In this document: in pieces, positions 8,994 to 18,035 of the stretch
Numbering within the stretch: position 1 is the first letter of the stretch
How the letters are laid out: every line of letters starts with the position of its first letter
Origin: an uncultured Oscillospiraceae bacterium
GTDB lineage: Bacteria > Bacillota > Clostridia > Christensenellales > CAG-138
Assembly (NCBI GenBank): GCA_964476505.1
Contig: CAYZAW010000001.1
Span: 58,814 to 122,813, forward strand
DNA: 64,000 nucleotides
Direction: 5' to 3'
The notes under the pieces: generated by a model
The model's input: only the letters and a program-made list of their open reading frames with translations
The model's database searches: none
What the model was told of the DNA's origin: nothing
Made by a program: the position numbers and the translations under genes

Positions 8994-10241
8994 TTATAAT
9001 TTTGCCGCAGCCTTGCGCTCGGCCTTTTTGCGCTCCAGCTTGGAGATCCACATGGTGCAGGTAGCATCGCCGGTGATATTCAGCGTGGTACGGCCCATGT
9101 CGAAGATCTTGTCTACGCCTGCAATGATGGCGATACCTTCTACCGGCACGCCGATGGAGGTCAATACCATTGCCAGCATGATCATGCCTGCGCCGGAAAC
9201 GCCTGCGGTACCTACGGAAGCCAGCGTGGCGGTAAGCACTACCATTGCCATATCACCAAGTGTTAAGGTAATGCCGTAGCAGGACGCGATGAACACGGTG
9301 GCTACTGCCTGATAGATGGCGGTACCGTCCATGTTGATGGTAGCGCCAAGGGGCAGCACGAAGGAGCTGATCTCAGGCTCCGCGCCCATCTTGTTGCAGC
9401 ATTCGATGTTGAGGGGCAGCGTTGCGTTGGAGGAGGTGGTGGTAAATGCGCAGATCATAGCCGGAGCAATGCCCTTGAAGAATGCTATGGGGCTCATATT
9501 GCTCAGGAAGCGCACGCTTAAACCATACACCAGTATAATGTGCACCAAATAACCCAAGTACGCCACGCCGATAACGATCGCCAGCGTACCCACGATGCTT
9601 GGCCCGTTTACGGCCACCACGTTTGCCATGAGGCAGAACACGCCGATGGGGGTGATCTTGATGATCATCATCATGATCTTCATGACTACGGCATTCATGT
9701 TGTTAACGATGGAACCGATCTTATCGCCCTTTTCACCGGCAGCCAAGATGCCCGCGCCAAAGAGAATGGCGATCACGATAACGGGAAGCATGTCGGCACT
9801 GACCATGGGCTTAAAGAGATTGTCCGGGAAGATGTTCACGATCACCTGCATCACAGAGGGGGATTCCTTGGCCTCATACTCCAGCGTGGAAAGGTCGGTG
9901 CTGGGAAGCGTTGGGAACGCGCCCTTGAACAGGTTCGCGAAGATCAAGCCGATCACAACAGCCAGCGCGGTGGTGATCATGTAATACACGAATGTTTTTA
10001 CACCCACGCTGCCAACGCGCTTTAAGTCCTTTAGCGAGATAACGCCGTCGCAGATAGAGAAGAGAACGACCGGTACGACAAGGAACTTCAAAAGATTGAT
10101 GTAAATAGTGCCGATGGGCTTGAGATAGTCCGTGGTAAACTCCGGGGCGTTGATAAAGCACAAGCCCGCTAAGATACCAAGGAACATGCCAATGAAGATC
10201 CATGCTGGCAGGGACAGTTTCCTTTTCTGCTTCGTTTCCAC
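8994..10241 (-). CDS. Dicarboxylate/amino acid:cation symporter (DAACS family, GltP/SstT-like)
   Basis: 415-aa polytopic ORF with family motifs TTTSSNATLP and GATINMDGTAIYQ. GTG start 6 nt after AGGAGG. Confidence 0.9.
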   Translation of the reverse strand: METKQKRKLSLPAWIFIGMFLGILAGLCFINAPEFTTDYLKPIGTIYINLLKFLVVPVVLFSICDGVISLKDLKRVGSVGVKTFVYYMITTALAVVIGLIFANLFKGAFPTLPSTDLSTLEYEAKESPSVMQVIVNIFPDNLFKPMVSADMLPVIVIAILFGAGILAAGEKGDKIGSIVNNMNAVVMKIMMMIIKITPIGVFCLMANVVAVNGPSIVGTLAIVIGVAYLGYLVHIILVYGLSVRFLSNMSPIAFFKGIAPAMICAFTTTSSNATLPLNIECCNKMGAEPEISSFVLPLGATINMDGTAIYQAVATVFIASCYGITLTLGDMAMVVLTATLASVGTAGVSGAGMIMLAMVLTSIGVPVEGIAIIAGVDKIFDMGRTTLNITGDATCTMWISKLERKKAERKAAAKL

Positions 10242-10574
10242 AATATGCCTCCTAAAAAATAGAATGATTCATGAGACGGTCAGCCCCACGTTTATACGGA
10301 AGAAGCTGCCCCACCTGCACTATTGCAAAAACAGGCGGCGGCGAACCTCCAACCGACGAAGAGAGAATGCGGTTATCCAAGGGTGTACCGATCCGTTGCG
10401 GGAATGCGAATGAATGTGTTAACCAAGGACAGTTATAATATGCATGAAGTCTCAATGCTTATATTTGAATCACAAGTATAGAATTCAATAAAACGGAGCA
10501 AAAGGCAAGTTAAGAAGAGGTTAAGAAAGCGATAAGACGATATAAAGCAGTCGCAAAAGCGCCATAAATAGGGC

Positions 10575-10610
10575 AAAAAAGACGCATGCCGTCATAGGGA
10601 GGCACGCGCC
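10575..10610 (-). terminator. Rho-independent terminator after the lipoprotein gene
   Basis: Minus-strand RNA GGCGCGUGCC-ucccuaugac-GGCAUGCGUC (10 bp including 2 G-U pairs) followed by UUUUUUG. Confidence 0.6.
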
Positions 10611-10646
10611 TTTTTCAATCATATATTATTAGTGACGGCCGGGGAC

Positions 10647-11621
10647 TTATCCGGCGTACGGAACCACTTCGAAAAACTCGCTTTCGTTTATGCCGTCGAT
10701 CAGCCAGCCCCAGTTTTCCGTATCCCGCACAACGGCAATGCGGCCTTCTCGCCCGTCCTCAGTAACGAACCCAACGTAGGTTTCCAAGTCCGTTTGTGTA
10801 GTAGCCAACTTTACGCCCTTCTCCAAGGTGGAGGGGGCGCTTTCTCCGTCAAAGGTAACGGGCAGCTCCCGGGTGGTGATCAACGTGCAGTACCCCCAGT
10901 ATTCCGGGTCGAGCATGGAGGTGTCCCGCGTCCAAACGCTGCCGGGAACGCGCTCCAGTGCGAAGGCGGTTTCGCTTAGCCTATAAGGGATCTTTGCACC
11001 CCATGTGCCAAGGATATCTACGGTGGCCTCCACAGTGATCACACCGTTATCGATATCCATTACAACGCCGGAGCAGGAAAGCGGCAGCCAGTCACCGCTT
11101 TCTTCATCGTCATACGGGGATTCCGCCAGCATCAGCTCGCCGTTTGCATAACGCATCAGCCAAGTGGCGTAATCGCAGGATTCCATATCGCCGGAAACCA
11201 ACAGCTCCATCACGCCGTCGTTGTCAACATCGCAGGCAAAGCCGGTAAGGCCGTACACGATGTCCACCGCAAGGCTGGCGGGCTCGCCGCTTGCAGGCGT
11301 TACCGTGACCTGGCGCTTTTCCAAGAGGTAATCCGCTTCGGGAATCACGGTTACGATGATCGTTTCTGTTGCGCCGTCGCCGTCCAAGTCGCACTCCAGG
11401 GGCGTTTCCTCGTTAAATGTTAGATATTTGGTAGCATTGGGCGCATCCGGCGTGGCGGGGGGCTCCGCTACGGGGGCGGGCGTGTCGCTTACGGCAGGGC
11501 TTGCAGGCTGCTCGCTTGCGGCTTGCGGGGTGTTTTCCACGGCGGCAGGCTGTGTATTGGCACAGGCTGCAAGCGACAGCATAAGCGCTGCGCAAAGAAG
11601 TATAGCAATGGTCTTCTTCAT
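10647..11621 (-). CDS. Hypothetical lipoprotein with FG-GAP/VCBS-like Asp-rich motifs
   Basis: ORF track 10647..11678. Start moved to ATG 11621 (MKKTIAILLCAALMLSLAAC, a lipobox) after GAAAGGA. Contains CDLDGDGATE and CDVDNDGVMELLVSGD motifs and an Ala/Pro-rich linker. Confidence 0.7.
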   Translation of the reverse strand: MKKTIAILLCAALMLSLAACANTQPAAVENTPQAASEQPASPAVSDTPAPVAEPPATPDAPNATKYLTFNEETPLECDLDGDGATETIIVTVIPEADYLLEKRQVTVTPASGEPASLAVDIVYGLTGFACDVDNDGVMELLVSGDMESCDYATWLMRYANGELMLAESPYDDEESGDWLPLSCSGVVMDIDNGVITVEATVDILGTWGAKIPYRLSETAFALERVPGSVWTRDTSMLDPEYWGYCTLITTRELPVTFDGESAPSTLEKGVKLATTQTDLETYVGFVTEDGREGRIAVVRDTENWGWLIDGINESEFFEVVPYAG

Positions 11622-11879
11622 TGATTTCAGTCCTTTCATGCGGGCAGGCTGTATACACAGCACCGCATTGTTTTTCATACATGATTATAACGCATGGACG
11701 GCGCTGTTAGTTGCAAATTGATTATGAATTTTCCTTGAAACGCTTTTAAAGAATGACCGTGGAAATACTGGGCGGTTTTAGGTACAATAGTAGCGGCGCG
11801 AGGCATATAGCAAACGGACGCTGCGATCAACAGTCGATAAGAAAAAAACACGAAGCCGTATATAGGGAAGGAGAACCGC

Positions 11880-12368
11880 ATGGAGCAAACACTGGTTGTA
11901 ACCAGCCCGGCCTTTTTACCGGACGGAAAAATGCCAAAGCAAAACACGGGCTTTGGCGAGGACGCATCTCCCGCACTGCATATCGAGGGTATGCCGAAAA
12001 ACACCGTATCGCTTGCGATCACGCTGGACGATTTAGACATTCCCTTTCTTCGCGCGTATAACCATTGGGCCATCTGGAACATTCCGGCTATGGCGGATAT
12101 CCCGGCGGGCATTCCGGCGGGGGAGAAGGTGTTAGAGCTTAACGGCGCGGTGCAGGGCATGGCGTACGGAAAGCATCGCTACCGGGGGCCAAAACAGCCG
12201 CCGTTTATTAAAAATCGGCATCGGTACAGGTTTACGGTGTATGCGCTGGATACCGCGCTGTCTCTTTCAGCCGCAGAAAAAAAGCCCGCGCTTTTGCGGG
12301 CAATGAAAGGCCATGTGTTGGCAAGCGGCAGTATACTTGGCACCTACCGGCGGGGCGAAGAGGACTGA
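11880..12368 (+). CDS. YbhB/YbcL family (PEBP, Raf kinase inhibitor-like) protein
   Basis: 162 aa. Family hallmarks HWAIWNIPA and GKHRYRGPKQPP...HRYRFTVYALD. Confidence 0.85.
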   Translation: MEQTLVVTSPAFLPDGKMPKQNTGFGEDASPALHIEGMPKNTVSLAITLDDLDIPFLRAYNHWAIWNIPAMADIPAGIPAGEKVLELNGAVQGMAYGKHRYRGPKQPPFIKNRHRYRFTVYALDTALSLSAAEKKPALLRAMKGHVLASGSILGTYRRGEED

Positions 12369-12381
12369 CAAACGGCTTTGC

Positions 12382-13470
12382 TTATCCCCACAGGATGCGA
12401 TTTTTGCCCTGCGCTTTTGCGCGATACAGCACAGAGTCTGCTTTTTGTATCCATTCTTTTGCGGAAACGTTGCCCTCCCGGGTCACAAAGCCGCCGCTGA
12501 ATGTAATTTGCAGGGAAGGCGCAAAGGAATACCGGCATTCGGAAAACGCTTCCCGCAGACGCTCGCAAAGCATATACGCGCTCTCCTTATCCATTTCCTC
12601 CAACACGAGTACGAGCTCCTCACCGCCGTAGCGGTAGGCGTTCACATGATCGCTTGCCCGAAGCTGCTTGATGCAGGTGGCAAGCTGCACAAGCACTTCG
12701 TCACCGGCGGCATGCCCAAAGGTATCGTTGATCTGCTTAAAATCATCCAGATCCAGCATCAACAAATGCTTGGACTTGGCATGCGAGCTGCCTTCAATGA
12801 TTTTGGGAAGCTGCTGGTTCAATGCCCGCCGGTTGCGGATGCCCATGAGCGGGTCAAGATTGCTTTCCTCGATCAACTGCTTTTGCTGGGTATTGCTTTT
12901 TAAAATGTATTGAATTTGTTCTGCCACGTAACGAATCAGCAGTGCCGCGGCGATATAGGAAATGCAGATCACCAGCGCTGCAAGCAGTATATCCGTTAAA
13001 AGCTGCGGGTCGCCCTTTCTAAGCTCAATAGACGCCTGCCTTGCCGCCAGCCCCAGCGAGCACAGGGAGGCAATGCTGATGCCAAGGGTAAGAGCCTTGT
13101 CTGCAAACAGGATGCTCACAAAAATCGCCACCGTGGGCAGCATCAGAAGCGGCCCGTAAACATAGTGGATCACCTGCGTATTGGCGCACAGAAAGTAGAT
13201 CAATAAGCACGCGCAGGTGTTTTTAAAGCGATTGGAAAGCCGGGCCGAATTCAGCACCCAAACCGTTGCCAGAATAACGATGATGTTTAATGATGAAGGA
13301 ATATAAATAAACCGCGCACGATAAAGGGGCAGCGGTAAAAACAGCGTGTTGTGCGCGGAATCGTACAGGTAGATGGCGATTTCGGTCACGGTGCCGATGG
13401 CGGCAAGCAATATACAGATGCGTAGCAGCTCGATGCGCCATTTTTTGTTGAGCGTTTCCTGAAAATCCAT
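12382..13470 (-). CDS. Membrane-anchored diguanylate cyclase (GGDEF domain)
   Basis: ORF track 12382..13662. Start moved to ATG 13470 after AAGGAG. About 190 aa of TM helices, then RNRRALNQQL...LDLDDFKQINDTFGHAAGDEVL...YRYGGEELVLVL. The motif is GGEEL, with RASD upstream. Confidence 0.85.
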   Translation of the reverse strand: MDFQETLNKKWRIELLRICILLAAIGTVTEIAIYLYDSAHNTLFLPLPLYRARFIYIPSSLNIIVILATVWVLNSARLSNRFKNTCACLLIYFLCANTQVIHYVYGPLLMLPTVAIFVSILFADKALTLGISIASLCSLGLAARQASIELRKGDPQLLTDILLAALVICISYIAAALLIRYVAEQIQYILKSNTQQKQLIEESNLDPLMGIRNRRALNQQLPKIIEGSSHAKSKHLLMLDLDDFKQINDTFGHAAGDEVLVQLATCIKQLRASDHVNAYRYGGEELVLVLEEMDKESAYMLCERLREAFSECRYSFAPSLQITFSGGFVTREGNVSAKEWIQKADSVLYRAKAQGKNRILWG

Positions 13471-14016
13471 GCATATCTCCTTTGGCCGGCAGCGGTCAAT
13501 ACCAAAATTATACTCTATATGTATCATATACCCGAAATGCACAATATGAAATAAAAATCGACGTTTTAAGAATAGGGGTTCTATTGCGGCAGGCGGCGTT
13601 TCGCAATAGAATAGCGGCAGAAGCCGGATGGGTGCGAAAATGATGCCGTGTGCCGGATACAAAAATAAAAAATCCCCGGCCCAAGCTTACCGGGAATTTT
13701 TCGCTCCGACGTGTTCGCCGGAAAGGGTGCACCCGCGTATTGCGGTACACGGGTACTTTTTCTGAGATGTGGGGAGTTCCCTCATAGGCGGGCCGGTTTC
13801 TCAAGCCGACCCTTTTGGAACGGAAGGATTCTCAACATCATGAGCATAGCACCCCCAAACGGGCAAAACAACCGGGTTTTGGGCATTTTGACGCTTTGTT
13901 CACGGGCAGGGCGAAAGTCTTATCAGTATCTTAACGAGACCTTTTGCATATTACTCTTTATAATATCTTTATAAGTTCTTCACGCTGTTGTGGAGCTTAT
14001 GTTGGGGGGCGCAACC

Positions 14017-15111
14017 ATGCAGAAAGGCAGATTAAAAGAGCGGCTGGGCAGTCTGTTTCCCTTAAGCCTGAGGGACACACTGTTCATGTTTTTTATTCTG
14101 ATCGTTGCGGGGGTGTTCTGCTTTGCGCTGCAGGGGCAGGACAGCGGCTATTCCTATGTATCCATGTTGTTTTTTCTTGCGGTGGTGCTCATCTCCCGCT
14201 TTACTAACGGCTATTTTTACGGCACAGCCGCCTCTATTTTGGGCATGTTCTGCGTGAATTACATGTTTACCTACCCGTACTTCGCATTCAACTTTTCCAT
14301 TGCCGGGTACCCGGTCACGTTTATCAGCATGCTGTGCGTGTCCATCATCACCAGTACTATGACCACCCGTATCAAGGAGCAGGAAAAGCTGCGGGCTGCC
14401 GCCGAGCAGGAGAAGCTAAGAAGCAACCTGCTTCGCGCCATCTCGCATGATTTGCGTACGCCGCTTACCTCCATTTTAGGGGCGGCAAGCACCCTCTTGG
14501 AAAACGACGGGCACATTGAAAACACGCAGCGCACGGAGCTTTTGCGCAATATCCAGCAGGAGGGGGAGTGGCTGATCCGCATGGTGGAGAACCTGCTTTC
14601 GGTCACACGCTTTCAGGGTGGCATCGCTTCCATCCATAAGCAGCCGGAGGCGGTGGAGGAGATCGTAGCGGCGGCGGTACAAAAATTCCGCAAGAATTAC
14701 GATGTGCTGCCCGTTACCGTTTCGGTGCCGGACACGCTGTTGGAAATTCCTATGGACCCGATTTTGATCGAGCAGGTACTGCTCAATCTTTTGGAAAATG
14801 CGGTGAAACACGCGAAGGACGCCACGCGTATCACATTATGCGTATATCGGGAGGAGCAAGCCGCCCGTTTTGAGGTGTGGGACGACGGCGCGGGCATTCC
14901 GGATGCCCAGCTTCGCACGTTGTTCAAGGGGTATTTGTATCGGGCGGAACAGGAGGCGGATGCCAACCGCAATATGGGGGTTGGGCTTTCCGTATGTACA
15001 GCCATCGTGCAAGCGCACGGCGGCACGCTGGAGGCGCAAAACGTCAGCGACGGCGTTGTGTTCCGTTTCTGGCTGCCTTTGGAAAGAAAGGAGGAGGAGC
15101 ATGCAATCTAA
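14017..15111 (+). CDS. Sensor histidine kinase, KdpD C-terminal-like (DUF4118 membrane domain + HisKA + HATPase_c), lacking the N-terminal KdpD/Usp sensor
   Basis: ORF track 13990..15111. ATG 14017 follows GGGGGG by 7 nt. Four-TM block, H-box SHDLRTPLTSILG, ATPase motifs NLLENAVKH and DDGAGIP...GVGLSV. Confidence 0.85.
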   Translation: MQKGRLKERLGSLFPLSLRDTLFMFFILIVAGVFCFALQGQDSGYSYVSMLFFLAVVLISRFTNGYFYGTAASILGMFCVNYMFTYPYFAFNFSIAGYPVTFISMLCVSIITSTMTTRIKEQEKLRAAAEQEKLRSNLLRAISHDLRTPLTSILGAASTLLENDGHIENTQRTELLRNIQQEGEWLIRMVENLLSVTRFQGGIASIHKQPEAVEEIVAAAVQKFRKNYDVLPVTVSVPDTLLEIPMDPILIEQVLLNLLENAVKHAKDATRITLCVYREEQAARFEVWDDGAGIPDAQLRTLFKGYLYRAEQEADANRNMGVGLSVCTAIVQAHGGTLEAQNVSDGVVFRFWLPLERKEEEHAI

Positions 15112-15796
15112 ACCGTGTATCCTCATTGTGGAGGACGAAGCCAGCATCAGTAATTTTATCAGTACAGCGCTATCTGCCAACGGTTATGCGCCGCTGATCG
15201 CCTGCAACGGGCAGGAGGCGCTTGCTATGGTGACCTCCCACTGCCCGGATGCCATTCTTCTCGATTTGGGGCTTCCGGACGTGGACGGGCAAAAGATATT
15301 GCGGATGGTACGGGAATGGTCGCCGGTGCCCATCATTGTGGTATCCGCGCGGGGGCATGAGCGAGACAAGGTGGAGGCGCTGGACTTGGGTGCGGACGAT
15401 TATATCACCAAGCCCTTCGGCATTTCAGAGCTGTTGGCACGGGTACGCACCGCGCTCAGGCACAGCCGTAGCAAGGATGAGCCCGTGCAGGACGATGTGT
15501 TTTGTGTGGGCGGCTTGACGATCGATTTTGATAGGCGTTACATCAAGGTGGACGGAAAAGCCGTGCATTTAACGCAGATCGAGTATAAGATCGTGGCGCT
15601 GCTGGCACGTTACGCAGGCCGGGTATTGACCCACGACTATATTTTAAAAAGCGTTTGGGGGCCGCTTGCCAACTGCGACAACCAAATCCTTCGGGTCAAC
15701 ATGGCAAACATCCGGCGCAAGCTGGAGCAAAACCCTGCCGAACCCAGATATATCCATACAGAGGTCGGCGTGGGCTACAGAATGATAGAAGAATAA
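15101..15796 (+). CDS. OmpR-family response regulator, KdpE-like
   Basis: In frame within ORF 14870..15796. ATG 15101 follows GGAGGAGGAG and overlaps the kinase stop by 11 nt. Receiver (ILIVEDEASI...LDLGLPDVDG) plus winged-helix output (HLTQIEYKIVALL...VGVGYRM). Confidence 0.9.
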   Translation: MQSKPCILIVEDEASISNFISTALSANGYAPLIACNGQEALAMVTSHCPDAILLDLGLPDVDGQKILRMVREWSPVPIIVVSARGHERDKVEALDLGADDYITKPFGISELLARVRTALRHSRSKDEPVQDDVFCVGGLTIDFDRRYIKVDGKAVHLTQIEYKIVALLARYAGRVLTHDYILKSVWGPLANCDNQILRVNMANIRRKLEQNPAEPRYIHTEVGVGYRMIEE

Positions 15797-15802
15797 TAGA
15801 GA

Positions 15803-15836
15803 CAAACAAAAAAGGCCTTTCGGCCTTTTTTGTTTG
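15803..15836. terminator. Bidirectional terminator between convergent genes
   Basis: CAAACAAAAAAGGCC-tttc-GGCCTTTTTTGTTTG, a perfect palindrome. Confidence 0.75.
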
Positions 15837-15866
15837 CTTCCGCCGCAACGGAATGGAATGTTTTGC

Positions 15867-17300
15867 TTAACCGAAGAAGTCCATCAGCTGGGAAACCAGC
15901 ACGATGATCATGATAACGGGTACGCAGAACTTGAAGCAGATCTCCCAGAACTTGTAGCCCTTGAGCTTGTGGCCCTCGGCGCTGCACTCCTCGGCGACTG
16001 CCTTGGTGCCAATGATCCAGCCAATGATAACGGACATCAGCGCCGCGCCCAGAGGCATGAAGATGCCTTCTGCGATCAGGTCGTACACATCCAGCCAGCA
16101 GTCGTTCCACATAGCGTAGCCGGGACCGCCAGCCTCAAGACCTAACAGCTCGAAGGGCGCCTTGATGGCTGCACCGCCGCTGCCAAGAGCGTCCAGCGCA
16201 ACGGGGATACCGACCACGAAGATGATCAACGCGTAGGTCACGGTGATCTTCTTGCGGTTGGGTTCCTGCCCCTTATCGATACGACGGTCGATGGCATAGG
16301 TGGTCACGACCTCCAACAGGGAGATGGAGGAAGTGATAGCCGCGATGAATACCAAGAAGTAGAACAGGAAGCCCATCAGATTGCCAACGAAGCCGCCCAT
16401 GTTGGTGAATACCTGCTGCATGGAAACGAACAGTAAGCCAGGGCCTGCCGCATAATCTACGCCGAACGCGGCGCAGGCGGGCAGAACCGCCATACCGGCC
16501 ATGATCGCCATAATGGTATCGGCTACGGGGATGATGATGGCGTTCTGTCCCAGATCTTCCTTCTTAGAGAGGTAGGAGCCGTAGGTGATCATGCAGCCCA
16601 TACCAAGAGACAGGGAGAAGAACATCTGTCCGGCTGCCGTACGCAAAACGTTGAAGAAGCCTACCTCGCTGTATGCTGCAAAGTTCGGCGCATACATGAA
16701 GGCGTAGCCCTCGCCGGCGCCAGGCTGCAGCGCAACGTAGACAATCACCACCAGCAAAATACCGGCAAGAGCGGGCATGGCGACCTTGGTGAATTTCTCG
16801 ATGCCGCCTTGGATACCGCCCATAACGATGATGATGTTGATCGCCATGAAAATGGCATACCACAGCATCATTCCGCCGTAATCATACAGCAAATAGCCAA
16901 AGAAGCCCGTGCCAGCACCGGCCCAGCCGTCCGCACCAAACATGGATACGAGGTATCCGAAGGTGTAGCGCAGCACCATGCCGCCAAGCACGCTGTAGAA
17001 AGCGAGAATCAGGAAGCCGGAGGCTACGCCCATGTACCCGATCCAAGTATATTTCTTGGAGAGCGCTACATAGGTGCCTACCGCGCCGCGACCGGTTTTA
17101 CGGCCAAGTGAAATTTCCCCAAGCATCGTGGCGAAGCCGACCAGAACAACCAAAATCAGATAAACCAGCAGAAACGCGAAGCCGCCGTTTTTACCCATTT
17201 TGTACGGGAACCCCCAGATGTTGCCAAGGCCTACGGCGGAACCGATCGCCGCCATCAGGAAACCGAAATTACTACCCCATTGTCCTCTCTTATCTTCCAT
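15867..17300 (-). CDS. Sodium-dependent transporter, neurotransmitter:sodium symporter (NSS/SNF) family
   Basis: ORF track 15867..17309. ATG 17300 lies 11 nt after AAGGAGGG. Signature WGSNFGFLMAAIGSAVGLGNIWGFPY. 12-TM profile. Confidence 0.9.
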   Translation of the reverse strand: MEDKRGQWGSNFGFLMAAIGSAVGLGNIWGFPYKMGKNGGFAFLLVYLILVVLVGFATMLGEISLGRKTGRGAVGTYVALSKKYTWIGYMGVASGFLILAFYSVLGGMVLRYTFGYLVSMFGADGWAGAGTGFFGYLLYDYGGMMLWYAIFMAINIIIVMGGIQGGIEKFTKVAMPALAGILLVVIVYVALQPGAGEGYAFMYAPNFAAYSEVGFFNVLRTAAGQMFFSLSLGMGCMITYGSYLSKKEDLGQNAIIIPVADTIMAIMAGMAVLPACAAFGVDYAAGPGLLFVSMQQVFTNMGGFVGNLMGFLFYFLVFIAAITSSISLLEVVTTYAIDRRIDKGQEPNRKKITVTYALIIFVVGIPVALDALGSGGAAIKAPFELLGLEAGGPGYAMWNDCWLDVYDLIAEGIFMPLGAALMSVIIGWIIGTKAVAEECSAEGHKLKGYKFWEICFKFCVPVIMIIVLVSQLMDFFG

Positions 17301-17344
17301 AATTGACAAAACCCTCCTTTTTTATATGCAACCCGTGCGAAAAA

Positions 17345-17400
17345 GGGAATAAAAAATAAACCGGCCGATGAACGTTCATTTTGCGGAATGAACCATCATC
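17345..17400 (-). terminator. Leader (attenuator-type) terminator upstream of the NSS transporter gene
   Basis: Minus strand GATGATGGTTCATT-ccgcaa-AATGAACGTTCATC (14-bp stem with a 2-nt mismatch), then ggccgg and TTTATTTTTTATT. It lies 45-100 nt upstream of ATG 17300. Confidence 0.55.
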
Positions 17401-17525
17401 CGCCATGTCGCACGGATATGCTTTCGTATTGTTGAACAGGCTTGGCGTATACAGCAACAGGTTGGCTGTATATATGCCGGATGAACCCTCCTTGTAAGCA
17501 ACGCTAAAATATATCAGATACTATA

Positions 17526-17554
17526 ATACTATCTACAACCCGGTTTCCTGTCAA
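17526..17554 (-). promoter_or_regulatory. Putative sigma-A promoter for the NSS transporter leader
   Basis: Minus strand TTGACA, 17 nt, TAGTAT. Confidence 0.4.
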
Positions 17555-17883
17555 ATGAACACAAACAGCTCAAAATACCGTTTTAAATTAAGGAAAACGC
17601 CCATTTTATCTGGAAAAAAGCGTTTTTTTAAAGCCTGTTTTACGTGTGTTAGCGTTTCGTTAAGAACAGCTTTTCCGCTGCTAAGGTTCTGTTAAAACTG
17701 GCTATATCGGCATTGCGTTATGCTATTCTATGCAGGGTCGTCATAGCGTATATGGCAACCGCTATTGTAAAAAGGATTTTCAAGAAACGGCAGCCTAAGC
17801 GGATTCTCGTGTGCCTGTATCGCAGCGCCTCCTTGGGGAGGGGGACGGGGGGAATCCAAACGGCTGGAAGGGGGGAACGAGGT

Positions 17884-18015
17884 ATGGAGATTTCCGGCTG
17901 GTTCGTAATGGCGTTGGGAATGACCACGGTATTCATCGGGCTGATCGCATTGCAGTTTATGACAAAGCTGATGAGCCTATGCTGTCGTCTGTTTGTTCGT
18001 AACCCAAAAGCTTAA
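17884..18015 (+). CDS. Small OadG-like (gamma/delta) subunit of a Na+-translocating decarboxylase
   Basis: The last 43 codons of ORF 17713..18015 starting at ATG 17884: MEISGWFVMALGMTTVFIGLIALQFMTKLMS. A single TM helix typical of OadG, directly upstream of the beta subunit. Confidence 0.55.
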   Translation: MEISGWFVMALGMTTVFIGLIALQFMTKLMSLCCRLFVRNPKA

Positions 18016-18035
18016 TCAAATAGGAGGTCAACACC

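Noticed and set aside
10379-10390. T-box-like string AAGGGTGTACCG in the spacer upstream of the DAACS transporter
   Set aside because: It is on the plus strand, whereas the transporter is transcribed on the minus strand and no plus-strand gene follows. It also lacks one G of the GGGTGGTACCGCG core.
13780-13870. Partial resemblance to TPP (GGGGTGC...TGAGA...AGGGA) and ZTP (GGGTCG...CCGCC) riboswitch cores on the minus strand
   Set aside because: Key conserved blocks are missing (CTGAGA/ACCC pairing, the CCTGATCTGG helix, CCGCCTGGGC) and the helices do not close by hand folding. This is not enough to make a call.
17713-17883. The N-terminal 57 codons of the 100-aa ORF 17713..18015
   Set aside because: This part has no RBS at its GTG start and an implausible sequence. 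Only the last 43 codons, from ATG 17884, resemble an OadG-type single-TM subunit.
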